The position numbers were made by a program, and so were the translations under genes. Shown in pieces: positions 25,987 to 39,800 of a stretch of 64,000 nucleotides of DNA (position 1 is its first letter; each line of letters begins with the position of its first letter). Source of the stretch: Laetmonice hystrix (Eukaryota); assembly GCA_965235115.1 (NCBI GenBank), contig OZ249448.1, positions 13,578,001 to 13,642,000 on the forward strand, given 5' to 3'. Under the pieces are notes generated by a model. That model made no database searches. It was given only the letters and a program-made list of their open reading frames with translations, and had not been told where the DNA came from.

Positions 25987-28230
25987 CTGAAATACAACAT
26001 TTATACAAATTACAGGGTGGTTATCATTTATAATCAACTTGGAAAAACCATTTCCTGAGTAAGTGATACGACTAATACTGTATGCATATTTGTACTCAAT
26101 CCCACGGACCACGATTAATTTATAATCATATGCAACCACACCTGAGGAACATGACAAACATTTAATATTTCATGAAACTTCATGAAACACATACAATCAC
26201 ATCTGGTTAATTTGTGTGTTTTAAAATTTAAAATGTTGAATCGGTGATTGGTCGAGATTATGATGTTCAGTCAGATCAACCAGCACAATGACATGTGAAT
26301 CTATGATCGCCATTCACATTCCTCCATTGGTGGAGAACAAGTTACCATACTCTGCCATAAACGACGCTGGCAACCTTATTGGTGTAAAGGCAGTTATTAA
26401 TAAACGGTGCTAAAAGGGATCAAGGATTTCATGGTAAAAGTTTGCTGTCCAAAAATTAGTAGGTCTCGGAGACCTTAGGAGGACACTGTGTCTTACCCCG
26501 GCTCCTTCATTACCGAAATGCACATTTTCCTCGTGCTTGGCATAATCCCAAATCATCTCCAAATGACAACCAATAACATAAACAGGCAGTTTTCCAGCGG
26601 GTTACTTATACTGAAGATGCGGCAACATGCCATCCTCGCCCTCGAGCAGGCAGGGCAACCATTCATTCATTCACACAACTACCTTTTGCCTAAATTTGAT
26701 GGCATTCTGCTTTTGAATATGAATCCCCAGTGTTGGTGGCGAGCAGAGCTTGTATTATTTACCAATACAATCAGCAGCCCCTGCTATTTGCCCGTGAGGC
26801 GGGTCGAGGGGGCCCGTCTGACGAAGGGCCTGTCCCCGTGCCCGACAGCCCCTCAGGTCCCTAACACACTCCTCTAATCCTTCCCCCACCCTGCCCCCGT
26901 CCGGCTCCAAATCCTGATTTATGCCAATAATGCTTCTGTAAACTTTCCAAAGAATTTGGCATCTGGGAATTGGCAAGTTCTTTACGACAGTTCAATAATT
27001 ATCATAGGTCTTGATTTATCTTGGTCGCCAAGGCATTCCGCTGGGGATTGGCCGAGTTGTCTCTTTCCTCGATAATTATGGCACATAGTGATTTATCGTT
27101 ACTGTTATGCAACCCTTATTTATTTCTCTGTCTGTGGACGGTGGGGCAACATCTTAGAGAGCCCTCCGCCGGGAATTGGCTGCTTGGTGCCATCTCCAAT
27201 CATAATTACAAGGCCCTGATTTAGTGCGCCATGGCCTTAATACATATCCATAGATTCATGAGTGGAAGGCAGAACGCAGGTCAGTAACATGGGAGTGTAT
27301 GACAGAGGGGTGGGGGTGTGCCCGCCTTAACAGTGGCCACCTCCTAACGATGGGCAGTGTGGGGACACCTTTCACTATTACAGGAGGCCCAACCACAGCC
27401 GACACAATGCACTGATCGCTGCGGGTATGGCCTCCGACTCGTTACGTTTCCAATGACAAACTACTGGGTCACCATCTTTGAATGGGCCTCATTTACAATC
27501 GGCAAACAACTTTACCAACCTTCTCTACATTACATATCAGTAAGAGTTCCATTACAGCTTCACTCGGCTGGATATTACGTCGAACATTAAGTAGAAGTAT
27601 TCTATATCTTGAACGAGGTAAGCAATCATGCCCCCCCCCCCCCCCCCCCGTCCAAAGTCCTTTCGCTGGGAAAGCCTACGTATAGGGGCAGCCATCTACA
27701 GTCTGCCAGTCACATCCAATACAGTACTAAGACCTCAATCTTTAAATCTTCCATCACACTTCAGCTAAGTTAGTACCCCCCCTCCCTACACAGACAATTC
27801 CTCGATCAGCAGATACCATTATCTTCTAAATTACCATCAATTCTCTGACTTTTCATACACAAATTTTGTTTCGGAGGAGACCTCAGTAAATACAATGTAT
27901 AATACTTTTCCATTATGAAAGTTCTTCTGTCTCAGGGTGGAAGCAAACGGTTCTCATGAAATTATCCTACCGTGGACAAGACCCAACCGACACTTAAACC
28001 ATGATAATTGACAGCACTGGCACTTGACCAAGTCTAACAGGTAGACATACCGTTACTAAAACTCAAAGTGAGTGAGCACCGGTGATTTTACACCTTGTGG
28101 ATTGGTTAATTACGTGTAGGCCTATAACACGGAAAAGTCGGATTCTTCAAACAAGAGGACCTCCCACAGATGTCTGGCAGACATTGGCAACCTAAGCTGG
28201 AAATATCTCTTTGTTGTCTGACATTGACCA

Positions 28231-28644
28231 CTGCCAACCTGAGGTGAGGACTTCTCACAGGTGTCTGACCCTGCCAACCTGAGGTGAGGACTTCTCACAG
28301 GTGTCTGACCCTGCCAACCTGAGGTGAGGACTTCTCACAGGTGTCTGACCCTGCCAACCTGAGGTGAGGACTTCTCACAGGTGTCTGACCCTGCCAACCT
28401 GAGGTGAGGACTTCTCACAGGTGTCTGACCCTGCCAACCTGAGGTGAGGACTTCTCACAGGTGTCTGACCCTGCCAACCTGAGGTGAGGACTTCTCACAG
28501 GTGTCTGACCCTGCCAACCTGAGGTGAGGACTTCTCACAGGTGTCTGACCCTGCCAACCTGAGGTGAGGACTTCTCACAGGTGTCTGACCCTGCCAACCT
28601 GAGGTGAGGACTTCTCACAGGTGTCTGACCCTGCCAACCTGAGG
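28231..28644. repeat. 40-bp minisatellite, about 10.3 identical copies
   Basis: Unit CTGCCAACCTGAGGTGAGGACTTCTCACAGGTGTCTGACC with no variants seen. Lies in NUP88 intron 1. Confidence 0.98.
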
Positions 28645-31600
28645 TCAACCCCACCCCTTCTCAGGCGAGGACATCGGTATCCCATACTGTCCACTGCTAA
28701 CTTCACCTTGGACCACAACCAAGAGACTATTAAGCAAGGACCACTGATTCGACTTCCGAACCAAACAAACTTTAAATAATAAGTTATAAATACATTCAGG
28801 GCAGACTTTGACACGACTGGTTACATCACCTTCACGTCTCGATAAGAACAATATAAGTTATTTGAAGTGTTACTGTTACTTACATGCCCTAACACTCACA
28901 CCTCACGTGAGTGCTATCCACTCCTCTCCAAAGCCTGCCAAACACAGGTCCCCCACTCACACTCTCACCGGCCGGACTTACAAGGCGGCAAGAAGAATAA
29001 CATTATGTAAAGATGGCCCTGAAGCATTACACCCACCAAATCTGATTTGATCAGAATTGCAAAGCTGCGCTGTCCAATAATTGACAACCTTTAATCCGTG
29101 GCGGAGGGGGGATGAGAGAGAAAGCTGGGCAACTGGTTGGGGTTACCCTATCGGGTCACGTACCCCGCAACGTCCGTCCATCACTGGTGGGGAGGCGGCT
29201 TAATCAACACTGTCAGCCGGCTCAGTTAAAATCATAACACCCATTCGGCACTTCAATAAACCCATCTCAATATGAGTTTTATGTCGGTATGGCAGGGGAA
29301 AGAGGAGGAGGGGGTGGGGGTGGAGGCGTTAGCATTGTCTTGGCGGTCCCCACAAGGATAAGCCCTGCACCATTGTCGCCCTGACTCGCCCAACTCCAGT
29401 CCGATGTTCCAACACGCTCCTCTAGCCCAGGGAACTAATATCTAAAATGGCACTCAAATTCATGTGGCGCTGTGGATACTTCAATGTTAATATCTCAATT
29501 CGTGCAGATTCGCCGTCAGATAATGCCTGATAATTAGGCAATATCGTCAAACAAGATGGTACGGCAAACTGAGCAGCAGTATATCCGATCACATTATGCC
29601 GACGTCAATACATAAGCTGGATGGGAACGGCAAGACTGCGGGTCAAAAGGTCACAACTCTTGCGGGCGGGTGGGCGCGGCAGAATATAGCAAGTGAGGTG
29701 TAGAGCCTTCATGTGTGATGATCACTGAAGAAGGAGGAGGAGGAGGGGGTGGAGGAGGAGGAGGAGGAGGTTCTAGTGGCGGGGAGGGTAAACCGTGGAG
29801 AAGCCAGGTATGCTGCATCAATTAGAGCCTTGGTGGGAGCGGCTCTGACAACCACCTGTACGAGCAGGATCAATACTGACCTAGGGTGCACGCACACCCA
29901 CCCACACCCACCGCCACACTAAGCCACACCTGCAATCTGGCCCCACCACCAGCACCTGTCACCGATACCTAGGCCACCAGCCTGGTCGTTATTATTGTGG
30001 CCCCACCATACCTTCTCCATCATATTCCCACCAGGAAGCCCCAGGGCACAGGTATACTGAAGTGGTCACATTTGACCATGGCGGTCCTCAAACTAAGCCG
30101 AAGTTTGAAAACAATAAACAGATTTTAATGAAGGGTTTGTCCAGTAGACATGGGTCACTGTCACACACTAGCATCTTTTTATAGCACGATCAGACACATA
30201 GATATAATTTGATGTTCTCTATTTTGACATTTGACACCACAGCATGCTCTGTCATAACCTCCAGTTTTCCTAAATCACATTGTAAGCAAATTCAACGTAC
30301 CTGCTTTTTAATATCAGTAAACCACTTTTCATGCTCTATACCATGCTATTATCCAGAAATTAAGGGGACACAGCATATAAATACATCAACAGACCCAAAA
30401 TAAAACACTCTCTTAATCCGCTGACAAACGTATCTGGTCACAAAACTAAGGAAAAAGGTATCAATTCTTGGGAATCAGTAATTATGCCAATTAATACAAT
30501 GGTGAGTGGAGAGTAGTTGTGGAAACATTTGGGCTAACTGATAATATACATGGACATGCATTATCGGTCATCTTTAATCAATTAAGATTGTTTATAAATT
30601 ACTGCCTAGTTCTCTGAATGGATAGTATACCTACCAGTATGCGTTGACAAAAGCTAATGATCATAACCTAATGTAAAAAAATGCATTGAAAGAGGCCACA
30701 ATGAGCCAATGTATATATGCATATGACCAAAAAAGAGGGCGTTAAAATTTATTGATAATTCAAAAATAAAATGCGTTTTCAGGCACATACAAAATGGACT
30801 TAAACGATAAAGAGAGATCTGGCTTTCTGAGACCAATAATTTTTTCGACCTATCAACTCGCAAATCAACTTGAATTGTAGAGTTGAGTAACATCGGCCAA
30901 AATCCAAACAATGTGCAAGCTGCGCTAGTACTTATAATCCACTGTGTTCAAATTCTCATCAAATCCTTCATCCACTCTATACTCAATGGTATTAGAATTG
31001 CATGCCAATTCAGAATTTTACCAAGGCTATGGAGTAAAATCAGTTGTTGGTAGTGACACCAGACTTCGAAATTCTCGGGACAGGGGGGCATTAGCAACAG
31101 AAAATTCAGGGAACAAAGATGTAGGCTTATGTCGTAGATCCTACACTTGCTTGGGAGAATTTAAACTGGGGGGGGGGGAGGGAATGTCGGAGGGGGGGGG
31201 GTGCTGACCTCTCCCCCAGCTTCACTGCTAGTTGTTGGGAACACTACCAGCACATTCCTTATTTTGCATACATGCACTGATAATTTTCCCATTTCATTTT
31301 AATTGTTGCGGGTAAATCTTTTTTTAGCATTTTCTACAATGGCATTTCTTTTTAAAATGTTCACCCAAAGAGGGGCCAAAACATTAAAACAATATTTAGA
31401 AGTACAGCACAGAATTCATCACCGTTCATCACTGTTGGGGGGGAGGGGAGGGTGGTACAATATGTCATGATATCATATGCTCGCAATAACATCACAATAC
31501 AGTATGTATCACAATACATATTGCCAGCTCCATGGGGGGGGGGGGAGAATTATATTGTAGAACTTGCAAAAAATGGGTGCTGGACAGGAGTTTTATGCTA

Positions 31601-33331
31601 GAGCCAGAATATTGTTTTCAACTATCGGTAGATATTTATCAGATGATCGGCCTAACAAATATTCCTGCCAGGCGGCACTTGAACCTGTTTAGTTTTGTGT
31701 GAGGGGTGGGTGGTGTGGGGTAATCAGTGCCAGGATGGGCACATCCCTGGTAATCAATACGTGAATGCCACTGGATGATCTCCATTCATTAACAATATTT
31801 CCTATATCCTATGCATATCTTTTCTTGCTATAACTCAATACCATTTTGAGATTAATTCGAAAAAAAAACCCCACCCTTATTGCAGACCCTGTATTTTGAC
31901 GGGTGCCATGGCACTTGCGCTCGAAAGCGTTCACGATTGTGAAGTTAGGAGTGCCATACATGGCGCCCGCAATAGCTTCTAAGGTCCTATAGGCCTATAA
32001 CGATACGACTCTCATATACATGTAGCTTCTGTCTCTATTTCCCTGAGTCACTGATGGCGCTTGTGTTGTTTGAAAAAAACAGGGTCTGTTAGTGTATCAC
32101 TATGATACTTTCTTCGCTGAAGGTACCACGGCATCCAAGACAACATTATCATAAAAGAAGCTGACTGGATCTATGTAAGTGGCACAGAAATAACTGTAAA
32201 ACCATGTTAAACATGGCATTTCATTTTGTTAGGCTGCTGAAACAGCTTTATAAACTGCTTAAGTATATTGAAACTCTTTCTGTTCATGTCACATCGATAA
32301 CAAATACCATGTTATTTGTATCATTACTGCAATATTCTTTTAAACATGTTGGGGGGGGGGGAGGGGGTTCAAATTCAATTTGCATCTCCCCCTTGTCTTT
32401 GTGAGAGAACTGAATGTACCATAGCATCTGTTGCATAACATTATTTGGTCTAAATTCTGATGACAAAAAGGAAAAAAGTTCAAATAATATATACAGTACA
32501 GGGCACTTCAGATGTACCAATGGCAATGTATGGATGGCTTTAAATCCATTACAACTACTTCTATAAGCTTAACAACTTCAAACTACCATAAAAATTTGCA
32601 CGATATTTTTGGTGCTTGAAATCCAAGGAGCTTCTTCTTTCATTCATCGGTAAACTTGATCAGGCTGTTTCATTTTCCGATGCCATCTCCGCAATCCACT
32701 CTCTGGATCAGGCCACGATGCTGTATGTTTAAACAAACAATAACCTGGCATATGAACACAACATCAACTGCTGATAGCCGGGGATGAACCACCTCCAACT
32801 CCAAGCAGCATCATTGATGTTGATGACTTTCTGTGCCTGTGGAGGAGCCTGGGTAGGTCTCAGTGCTGTGTTATGCACGTCACTGCATAAGAAGCTGTGA
32901 TGACAGATAAGGAACTGCACGTTTGAGTCCGCAAATGACATTCACGTGAACAAATAATGAGATATCAGTATGCAATGAGTTGGTTACATTATCATACAGA
33001 AGTATAATTCGCCAGTATACATTCAATAAACACTTGAATATGCCAATACACAGTGATAGACCACACATGCGTAGGGGACTACCTACTGCTGGCTCTATCG
33101 TCCATAGCGAGGAGTGAGCACGCCGCGACTACACGTAGCACCCTGGTGGCAAACGAGGAAACTAACCAATCAAAACAATGTAGCCGTTATTCCTCAAGAT
33201 GATCGAAATTATGATTAATGACACGTGTCATCTATATGTATGATGATCCTAGAAGATTATATGATGGTCGGAATCCCAAGTGAGCGCCTCACACCGTCTG
33301 TGACAGCCACGGGAAACACTCGCATGCCTAC

Positions 33332-33553
33332 CTGGTGTGTCGCCCGGTCCGCCTGCGCCTTCTGACCCAAACATTTGAGGTTTGCGGTCAACAAATTTGA
33401 GTTATATGAGTTCCAAAGATATAATTCGCCGTCTCGGATATCTAGGAGTCCTTTACAATCCTTCGCTGACGGTAAATTCTCTCTGGACTGGCGTAGGACA
33501 TCGAAAATTGGAAGGCCGTTCAAAAGTTTCCGCCATGCACCGGAGGCCGCCAT
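33332..33553 (-). CDS. NUP88: Nucleoporin Nup88, coding exon 1 (MAASGAWRKLLNGLPIF...GELYLWNS...THQ)
   Basis: ATG at 33553 in the context AAACATGGCGGC. 222 nt (74 codons) ending CAG|GTAGGC, phase 0. GELYLWN resembles the human NUP88 N-terminal GELFLWD (recalled). Splices in frame to exon 2. Confidence 0.9.
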
Positions 33554-33826
33554 GTTTGATTGGTAATCTCACGTTTTCTCGCAGATCGAATGGGCGCTGC
33601 CTTTGAACCCAAATCGACGTGTTTCCTCAATATACAAAAACGCACTCGCGCACCTTTACCGCGGCAGATAGAGGATGCCATGCCGGATAAGGAGTTCACA
33701 TGATAAGTGAGGATCAACGACTGAGACTACAATACACGCATAGGATCGGCACTGTTCGAAGCGGCCTTCGATCTCGTTTGGTCATGTGATCGATCGATTA
33801 GCTCTAATCTTGGTCAAGATGGCTGC
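33546..33826. promoter_or_regulatory. Putative bidirectional promoter between NUP88 and CUX1/CASP
   Basis: Divergent ATGs 265 bp apart, CpG-rich. YY1-type GCCGCCATGTT at 33546-33556 and AAGATGGCTGC at 33816-33826, ATTGG (CCAAT box) at 33559-33563, overlapping ATCGAT at 33789-33798. Confidence 0.8.
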
Positions 33827-33881
33827 GAATGTGCAGTCGATGTGTCAGTATTGGAAAAACTTTGATTTACAGGAGCTACAG
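33819..33881 (+). CDS. CUX1: CUX1/CASP N-terminus, coding exon 1 (MAANVQSMCQYWKNFDLQELQ)
   Basis: ATG in CAAGATGGCT, 63 nt, donor CAG|GTAAAA, phase 0. Near-identical to human CUX1/CASP [21 protein letters not shown] (recalled). Not in the ORF track. Confidence 0.93.
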
Positions 33882-36800
33882 GTAAAAGTTATTTTGTTTA
33901 TACTTTGCAGTATTGTTGTACTAGTGTGGTAGACTATGTTGGTCGCAGATCGGCGGGTGTTTCACGCTGTCTACGTGTAGGCAGGCCTGCTGAATCCCTC
34001 TCGATCACATTGATGAAATATCGCTAAAAATCAATATGGCGATTCGCTCGGTCGTGGAGTTGTCTACGAAGAGTGGAACTCACCATGCCATTCCCTGCCT
34101 CCGCTCTGCGACCTGCCTTTATATCTCCATCTGTAGGATTGTATATACATGTTTGTGGTTTGTGTGTAAGCGTGACAGAAAGTTTGGAAGTTTGGTGTCG
34201 TAGGGAGAGTGCAGAGAAGCAACAGGGAGTGACGACACTGACAGCGGGACGGGAGGCGAGGGGCTTCACCGCGGCTGCCGTGCCGCTGCCCGGCCCCGCC
34301 GTCAACGCTCGCCACCGCCGCAGATACACGTAGACCTATTAGTATTACAACGTCGCCTATTGCGTGGTCTCATTTGCATTAATGGCCTTTATTGCACGCA
34401 GTCTAGTGTAGCAGACGGACAAAGGGATTGGAAGAGGGTAAGATGGTCCCTCCTTGGGGTGCGATGGCCCAATTTATTGGCCAGGTTAGGTAGAATAGAG
34501 TCAGTATTGTCGGTGGTAGGGGCCGGGCAGATGGGGCACGCCGTATCTCGTTGTAAGACGCTGTGTATGGCGCTATTTGTAGGGTGAGTCAGGCCTGCGG
34601 TACCGACTGACAGACTTGCGCCTGCATAATGAACCCCACTGGAATTGCATGATTTGTTTCCTTTCTATGATCCATACAATTGATCTTTTGTATTGATTTT
34701 CCTGTGCAGCTGGAAGCCAAAGTTCCTTGGCCTTGCATCTGGCTCAGTCAGTATTGATTGGATATTGGTAGCTATATTTTTGGACACGTTCAGCCCATTT
34801 GTGATTTTCTCTGTCTCAGTTTCACTGGGCTGAAAACTCTGTAATGAGCCATCACGCCCTGTAATTATTGGAATTGATTTTTCTGTATCTCTATTGTTAC
34901 CTACTGTGATCATTTGTACATCCCATGTAGATAAAAGATTCTTTTGAAATAATCATCCTGTTCGGGCGCTAGGGATCAATATCACCGATGAACAGCAGTG
35001 TACTTTCTTTCCCCTTTACATGCTCATGTCATTGACTGATGGTCTTGGATCTTTTATGTTAGCACATTTTTTTTGCGTGTGTAAATAAAAGAAATGATGG
35101 ATATGGATGTAATGTATGTAATACATTGTCCTTTAGATTATGATAAATTATAGAGAGCTACAATGTCCAGAAGTCGATATTGTGCTTCACCAAAGCTTCT
35201 GATTGATTTATTTTGCTTTTGAAATCTTTCCACCTTTGCATTAATCAAAAGAAGGGGTGATGTCGGAGACAAATTGAGTTGTGAATATTGATTGAGTCTC
35301 ATCGATCCTCGGCCCCCGGCAGACGCGTTTGGGAGTGAAGTCAGAAATTTGATGACATATGGTGATATTTCTGGTATTGATTGATGGATTTAGGGTATGA
35401 ATGCACATTGATTACTTTAATAATGGTGTGGACCATTATCTTGATCATTGATTTTTTGGGGACGAATCTGGCTGGCTGGCTAGAAGTGGAGAGACTTCCT
35501 CACACAGCTGTGGCCCTCAGCGATTGTTACTGCACAATATTGATTCCAAGCTGCTGTTTAATCGGCAAAAAAATCAATATTTTTCATCAAGGAAATTGCA
35601 ATTTGGGGCAATCTAGGGACCTGGCTGATTGATTTATTGATGGACAAATGTATTGGTTCCCACTGTGCTGGGTTATTTATTTGCGCCTTGTGCTTAGGTC
35701 TCAGAATCCATGCCCACAGGGAGCTCGGGGACGACTCTTTCGTAATGCTCCAGTGGCGATCTCTCAAGATAAAAACCTGAAATGCATGTAATGATCACTT
35801 GAAGCTGGGATGATTGCTAAAAACATGAATAATGCCCTTTCTGCGCCCGCCAGAGGGGCCTGCTGGGACCATCCCTTGCTTTTCAAGTTGGCCGGGCCAA
35901 GATGAACTGTCCACTGCCACCCATACTTTTGAATGGACTCCGCTGTTTGCCATTGCCCGGCTGACTATTGATCACTGCTGTGGCCTGCCTGTTTGCCATT
36001 GATTTTCATTAAAGTTCCATTTATTGCCTCTAAAATTGACAGGAGATTACTTATCAAGTCATCAAAGCAAATATTAATAATGAAGCGTGGGCTGCTTATT
36101 GCAGACCCTCAGCAGGGTGATATGTGAAGGGCCGCACTGAGCCACACACGGTGGGGCACCGCCAGTGTCAAATCCCAACCTCCTCCCTTCCCCACAACAG
36201 ATACACGGCCAGTCAAATGGCCCTGATGGATAGTAAAGCCCACATAAAGTTTGCCGCTCATGCTATTTATTAGGCCATTGCAGATCCCTCCCTTCGATAG
36301 TATGCACTAATGTAGATGCAGATGTGGACCCGAAGCAAGATCCTTGTCGGTGCACACGTGGCGATATTTCTTCTGGATTAATGGCACTGATGAGCCCTCC
36401 CTGTCTCCCAGAAGGGATCCCCAGGCTGGAAAAGCTCAGAATTAACACAAGACAAAACCAGATGGACAAATTCAAATGTTTTAGCCGTGACGGTTAAATA
36501 ATGAGGTGGGGGTGGGGGCAGTGGCAGGGTGCTGGTTATGGGAGCAGTCCGGAAGCCCAGTAATACCCACCCGTGGTGCAGGTATGGCCCCATAGTTCAG
36601 GATTAGCAGCACATTGCCTAGTTATGAGAAATAGTCTGGAACCAATCTCACCACTTACACATATATCATTATAATCTATTCGGTAATTCTCTCTCCGGGT
36701 TGGAACTCAGTAGGACACACAAGGTCAAACTTCCCCAAATTGAGAGTAAAGCACCGCTTCTCGGAGATTTATGACCATGACAGTAATGAACATTTAGGGC

Positions 36801-39800
36801 TTATGTATCTGAATCGTTTATTCTTATCATGTTAAGTGTTTTAAGACGGCAATGAAATAAATTATTGAAGCTGATTTACAAGCTTTCCCAGTTTTGTTAG
36901 TGAACTGGGAAGAGGATACATACCTTACTGTTAAAGTTGTAAAGTACCACACCTGTATACTCCGATTATCCGGTTTACGTACTTGCTTGCCTTTTTACAG
37001 GCTGAGACTTCAATATCTATAATCTCAATTGTTATCAGTAGACTGATATTCAATTGCATCATATAAGTAGAAGCCATCGTGGAAGCAGAATCTCATATAA
37101 CTGTAAATCTGTAAGAAAGGAAAGTTGATCATGAAGACTAGGTACATGATCGTATTTAGTGTTCAGTTACATTCCTGAGTGTAGGAACGTCTATAGCTGT
37201 GTGCATTAAGTACCTCAGGATAACTGATGGTTTTAATAGGGTTGTAAAATCGCTGGACTACCTGGGTACGTGGATACCTGGGCTTTAAAATTAGGATATG
37301 ACATCTGTCCAAAAATGTGGCAAGTCTTTAGTGTGGCAACGAATGTAAGTTGTAGAAGTAGTCTGATGCAACAGGTGCAAGTGAAACTTCTGATGTCCTC
37401 TTGATTCTTGAAGGACACGCATGACAAGAAGACTAAGTTAGAAGTTTTACTTCATTATATGGCACGACGTCAGTGTCCTCGGTGATATCTGTAGCTATCT
37501 GTTTTAGTGTGGTTTTGTTATGGCAGTAAGCTACTTCATCATAAGAACAGGTCATTTCATGATGTAATGGAAAACGAGTCATCATGTTGTGACAGTGATA
37601 CATTTTGCCACAAGAAGAAATGCCGTTTAGATCATGAATAGGTATCTTCAAACTTGGATTGCCAGGTCGCTCGACCTTTGTTGCAAGCCAGATAATGGAA
37701 ATAGGGCCCTCTTCCCATCTTTTCTTATTCTGTTTTAAATATTTTGTTTATATTATTTATTTTGTGTTAAAAAAAAGATATTTCAAAAATTGGTAGGGAA
37801 GTAATAGATTTGCATGTTAATTTGAAGTAATGGTGGCCGAATACATTTCAAGAGCATATATCAGCTGGCATATATAAAAGATCAGCTTTGTGGGTACAAT
37901 ATGTCTGCTGAAAGTAGTCCTGATTCTGTGATATTGCTCCAGGTTTTCCGGCTGAGTGTATGCCCTAAGAATACTAGCAAGAGTTGCCTTGAGCGTTTGC
38001 TAGTACCTTTATACCTGAGGGAACACTCCACGGGTATACCCAGTACACTTGAGTGAAGAGTTCACATTTGTTTAAGGTGACCTAGGTTTAGCTTGGCCAA
38101 ATATAAGAAGATGGGAAACGAAGTGGCACGGCTAGCATCCATCAGTGGTCTGGCACACAGGAAGTTTGGATATTGAACACGTCTCCTTGGGAGTTGGGGG
38201 GGTGGGGGGTCACTCAGTTATTGAGGCCCAGCTTGCAGATTGAAGAGGTTTTGCCGTTGACCTAGTTCGAGACAGAGACAACCAACGGATGCGAGCCAGT
38301 TGCGTAAGTGACAAATCATGGGGTGCTACATGGTCAGGAAATGTCGATGTTGTGGCCGTGTTATAAAGATGTCAGATCGAACCACCAGGAGGGATTTATC
38401 AAATTTCTACTCAGAACTGGGATATAAATCCGGTCAGCGGCCTGAGATGACTGGGGTTTGCCGTGGACATCCTAGTGGTAGACACATCTGGTCCCAATAG
38501 GAGGGTTCAGATGGTTGTGTTGCTTTCACTTGGGCCCTTGGCTAATAGGTCACCAAGCTTTATCACTGGGACTAATCAACATTGCCAAGACAAAGGGGTC
38601 CCAATGATATAGTCTACGCCTGATTCCAAAAATTACAAAGTTTCATCTTCAAGTTGAAAAGTGAAATTTTCCATTCCATGGTTGCCTTCCTTGTAAGTAA
38701 GATATAATACAGACCAATATAAAGAAACATATGGAAATATTGTATGTCAGGAACAATCCCAACTCTTTTAACAAGATGTTTATGAAAAAAATCGCTAGAA
38801 AACGGCTGGAGCACATACAGATTTGAAGTTCAGTTGGTGTCTTTCTTTTAAGTATATTTTGAAAAGCTATAAGCTATATCGAACCTACAAAGACCAGTTG
38901 TCATATATAATGACAAAGAGTTGAGCACTACGATAACATGATTTGTGATAAATTTATAATGCCAACTAGAGTAGCACCACCATACATCGTCAGCCATCCG
39001 AGGCCAGATCTATCAGTGTGTGAATGATTGGCCATACCCATCCCAATTACTCACTGGCACGGAACCACCAACTGGAGACCGTCCCGTAAAAAAAAAGGCA
39101 CCCATCGATTTATAAAAGTTCTTTATCTTTTCTTCGTAGCTGAGGATACGTGACAAGGATCGGTCATGCTTGCCGGCTCCCTTCACAGGCTTTTGGCTAT
39201 TTCCAAAGAGTCAATAAAATGTATCAGTAACCAGTTTGAAAGTTTATAATGTTACGGCAATCGGGCATGGACTCATGGCAGTGGTTTTTCCCCATCTGAA
39301 TAAGGTGATTATTTTTGGGGGGATTAATTTCGGTTCTAGTATAACCAAACGTTTATGCAGGGAAATTTAGATTATGTTTTAAAGTGATTTTTTGACCTTT
39401 TTTTACCTGCCAGGTAAAGCAGTATGCATGCATGTGTACATCACGGCATAAATGTACATTAGATTAGTCGGTGTTTTCATATTAAGTTAAGGAGAGGTCG
39501 ATCGAGTGATCTGGGAGCCCCTCAGCCGTGTTAATGGTTTCCTGTTCTGTCAGGACCTTTCAGTGCGGCCCTGATTGACAGTTGATGACTTTCAGCCCCC
39601 AGCTCAATCCCTGCCGTGCGATGACCATTTAATTACGGCCAAACTTCACCGCCCAGTGGCCAAGTAGAGATATCGGCATTTTGTGGGCGTCAAATCCATA
39701 TTTCACAATTTCTAGGGCGCCTCACGTTTTGTGACGTTTTTAGGATACCTTTCCCAAAGAATATTTTAAAAGTTTACAAATTTTCACTTTTCAGTCCTCA

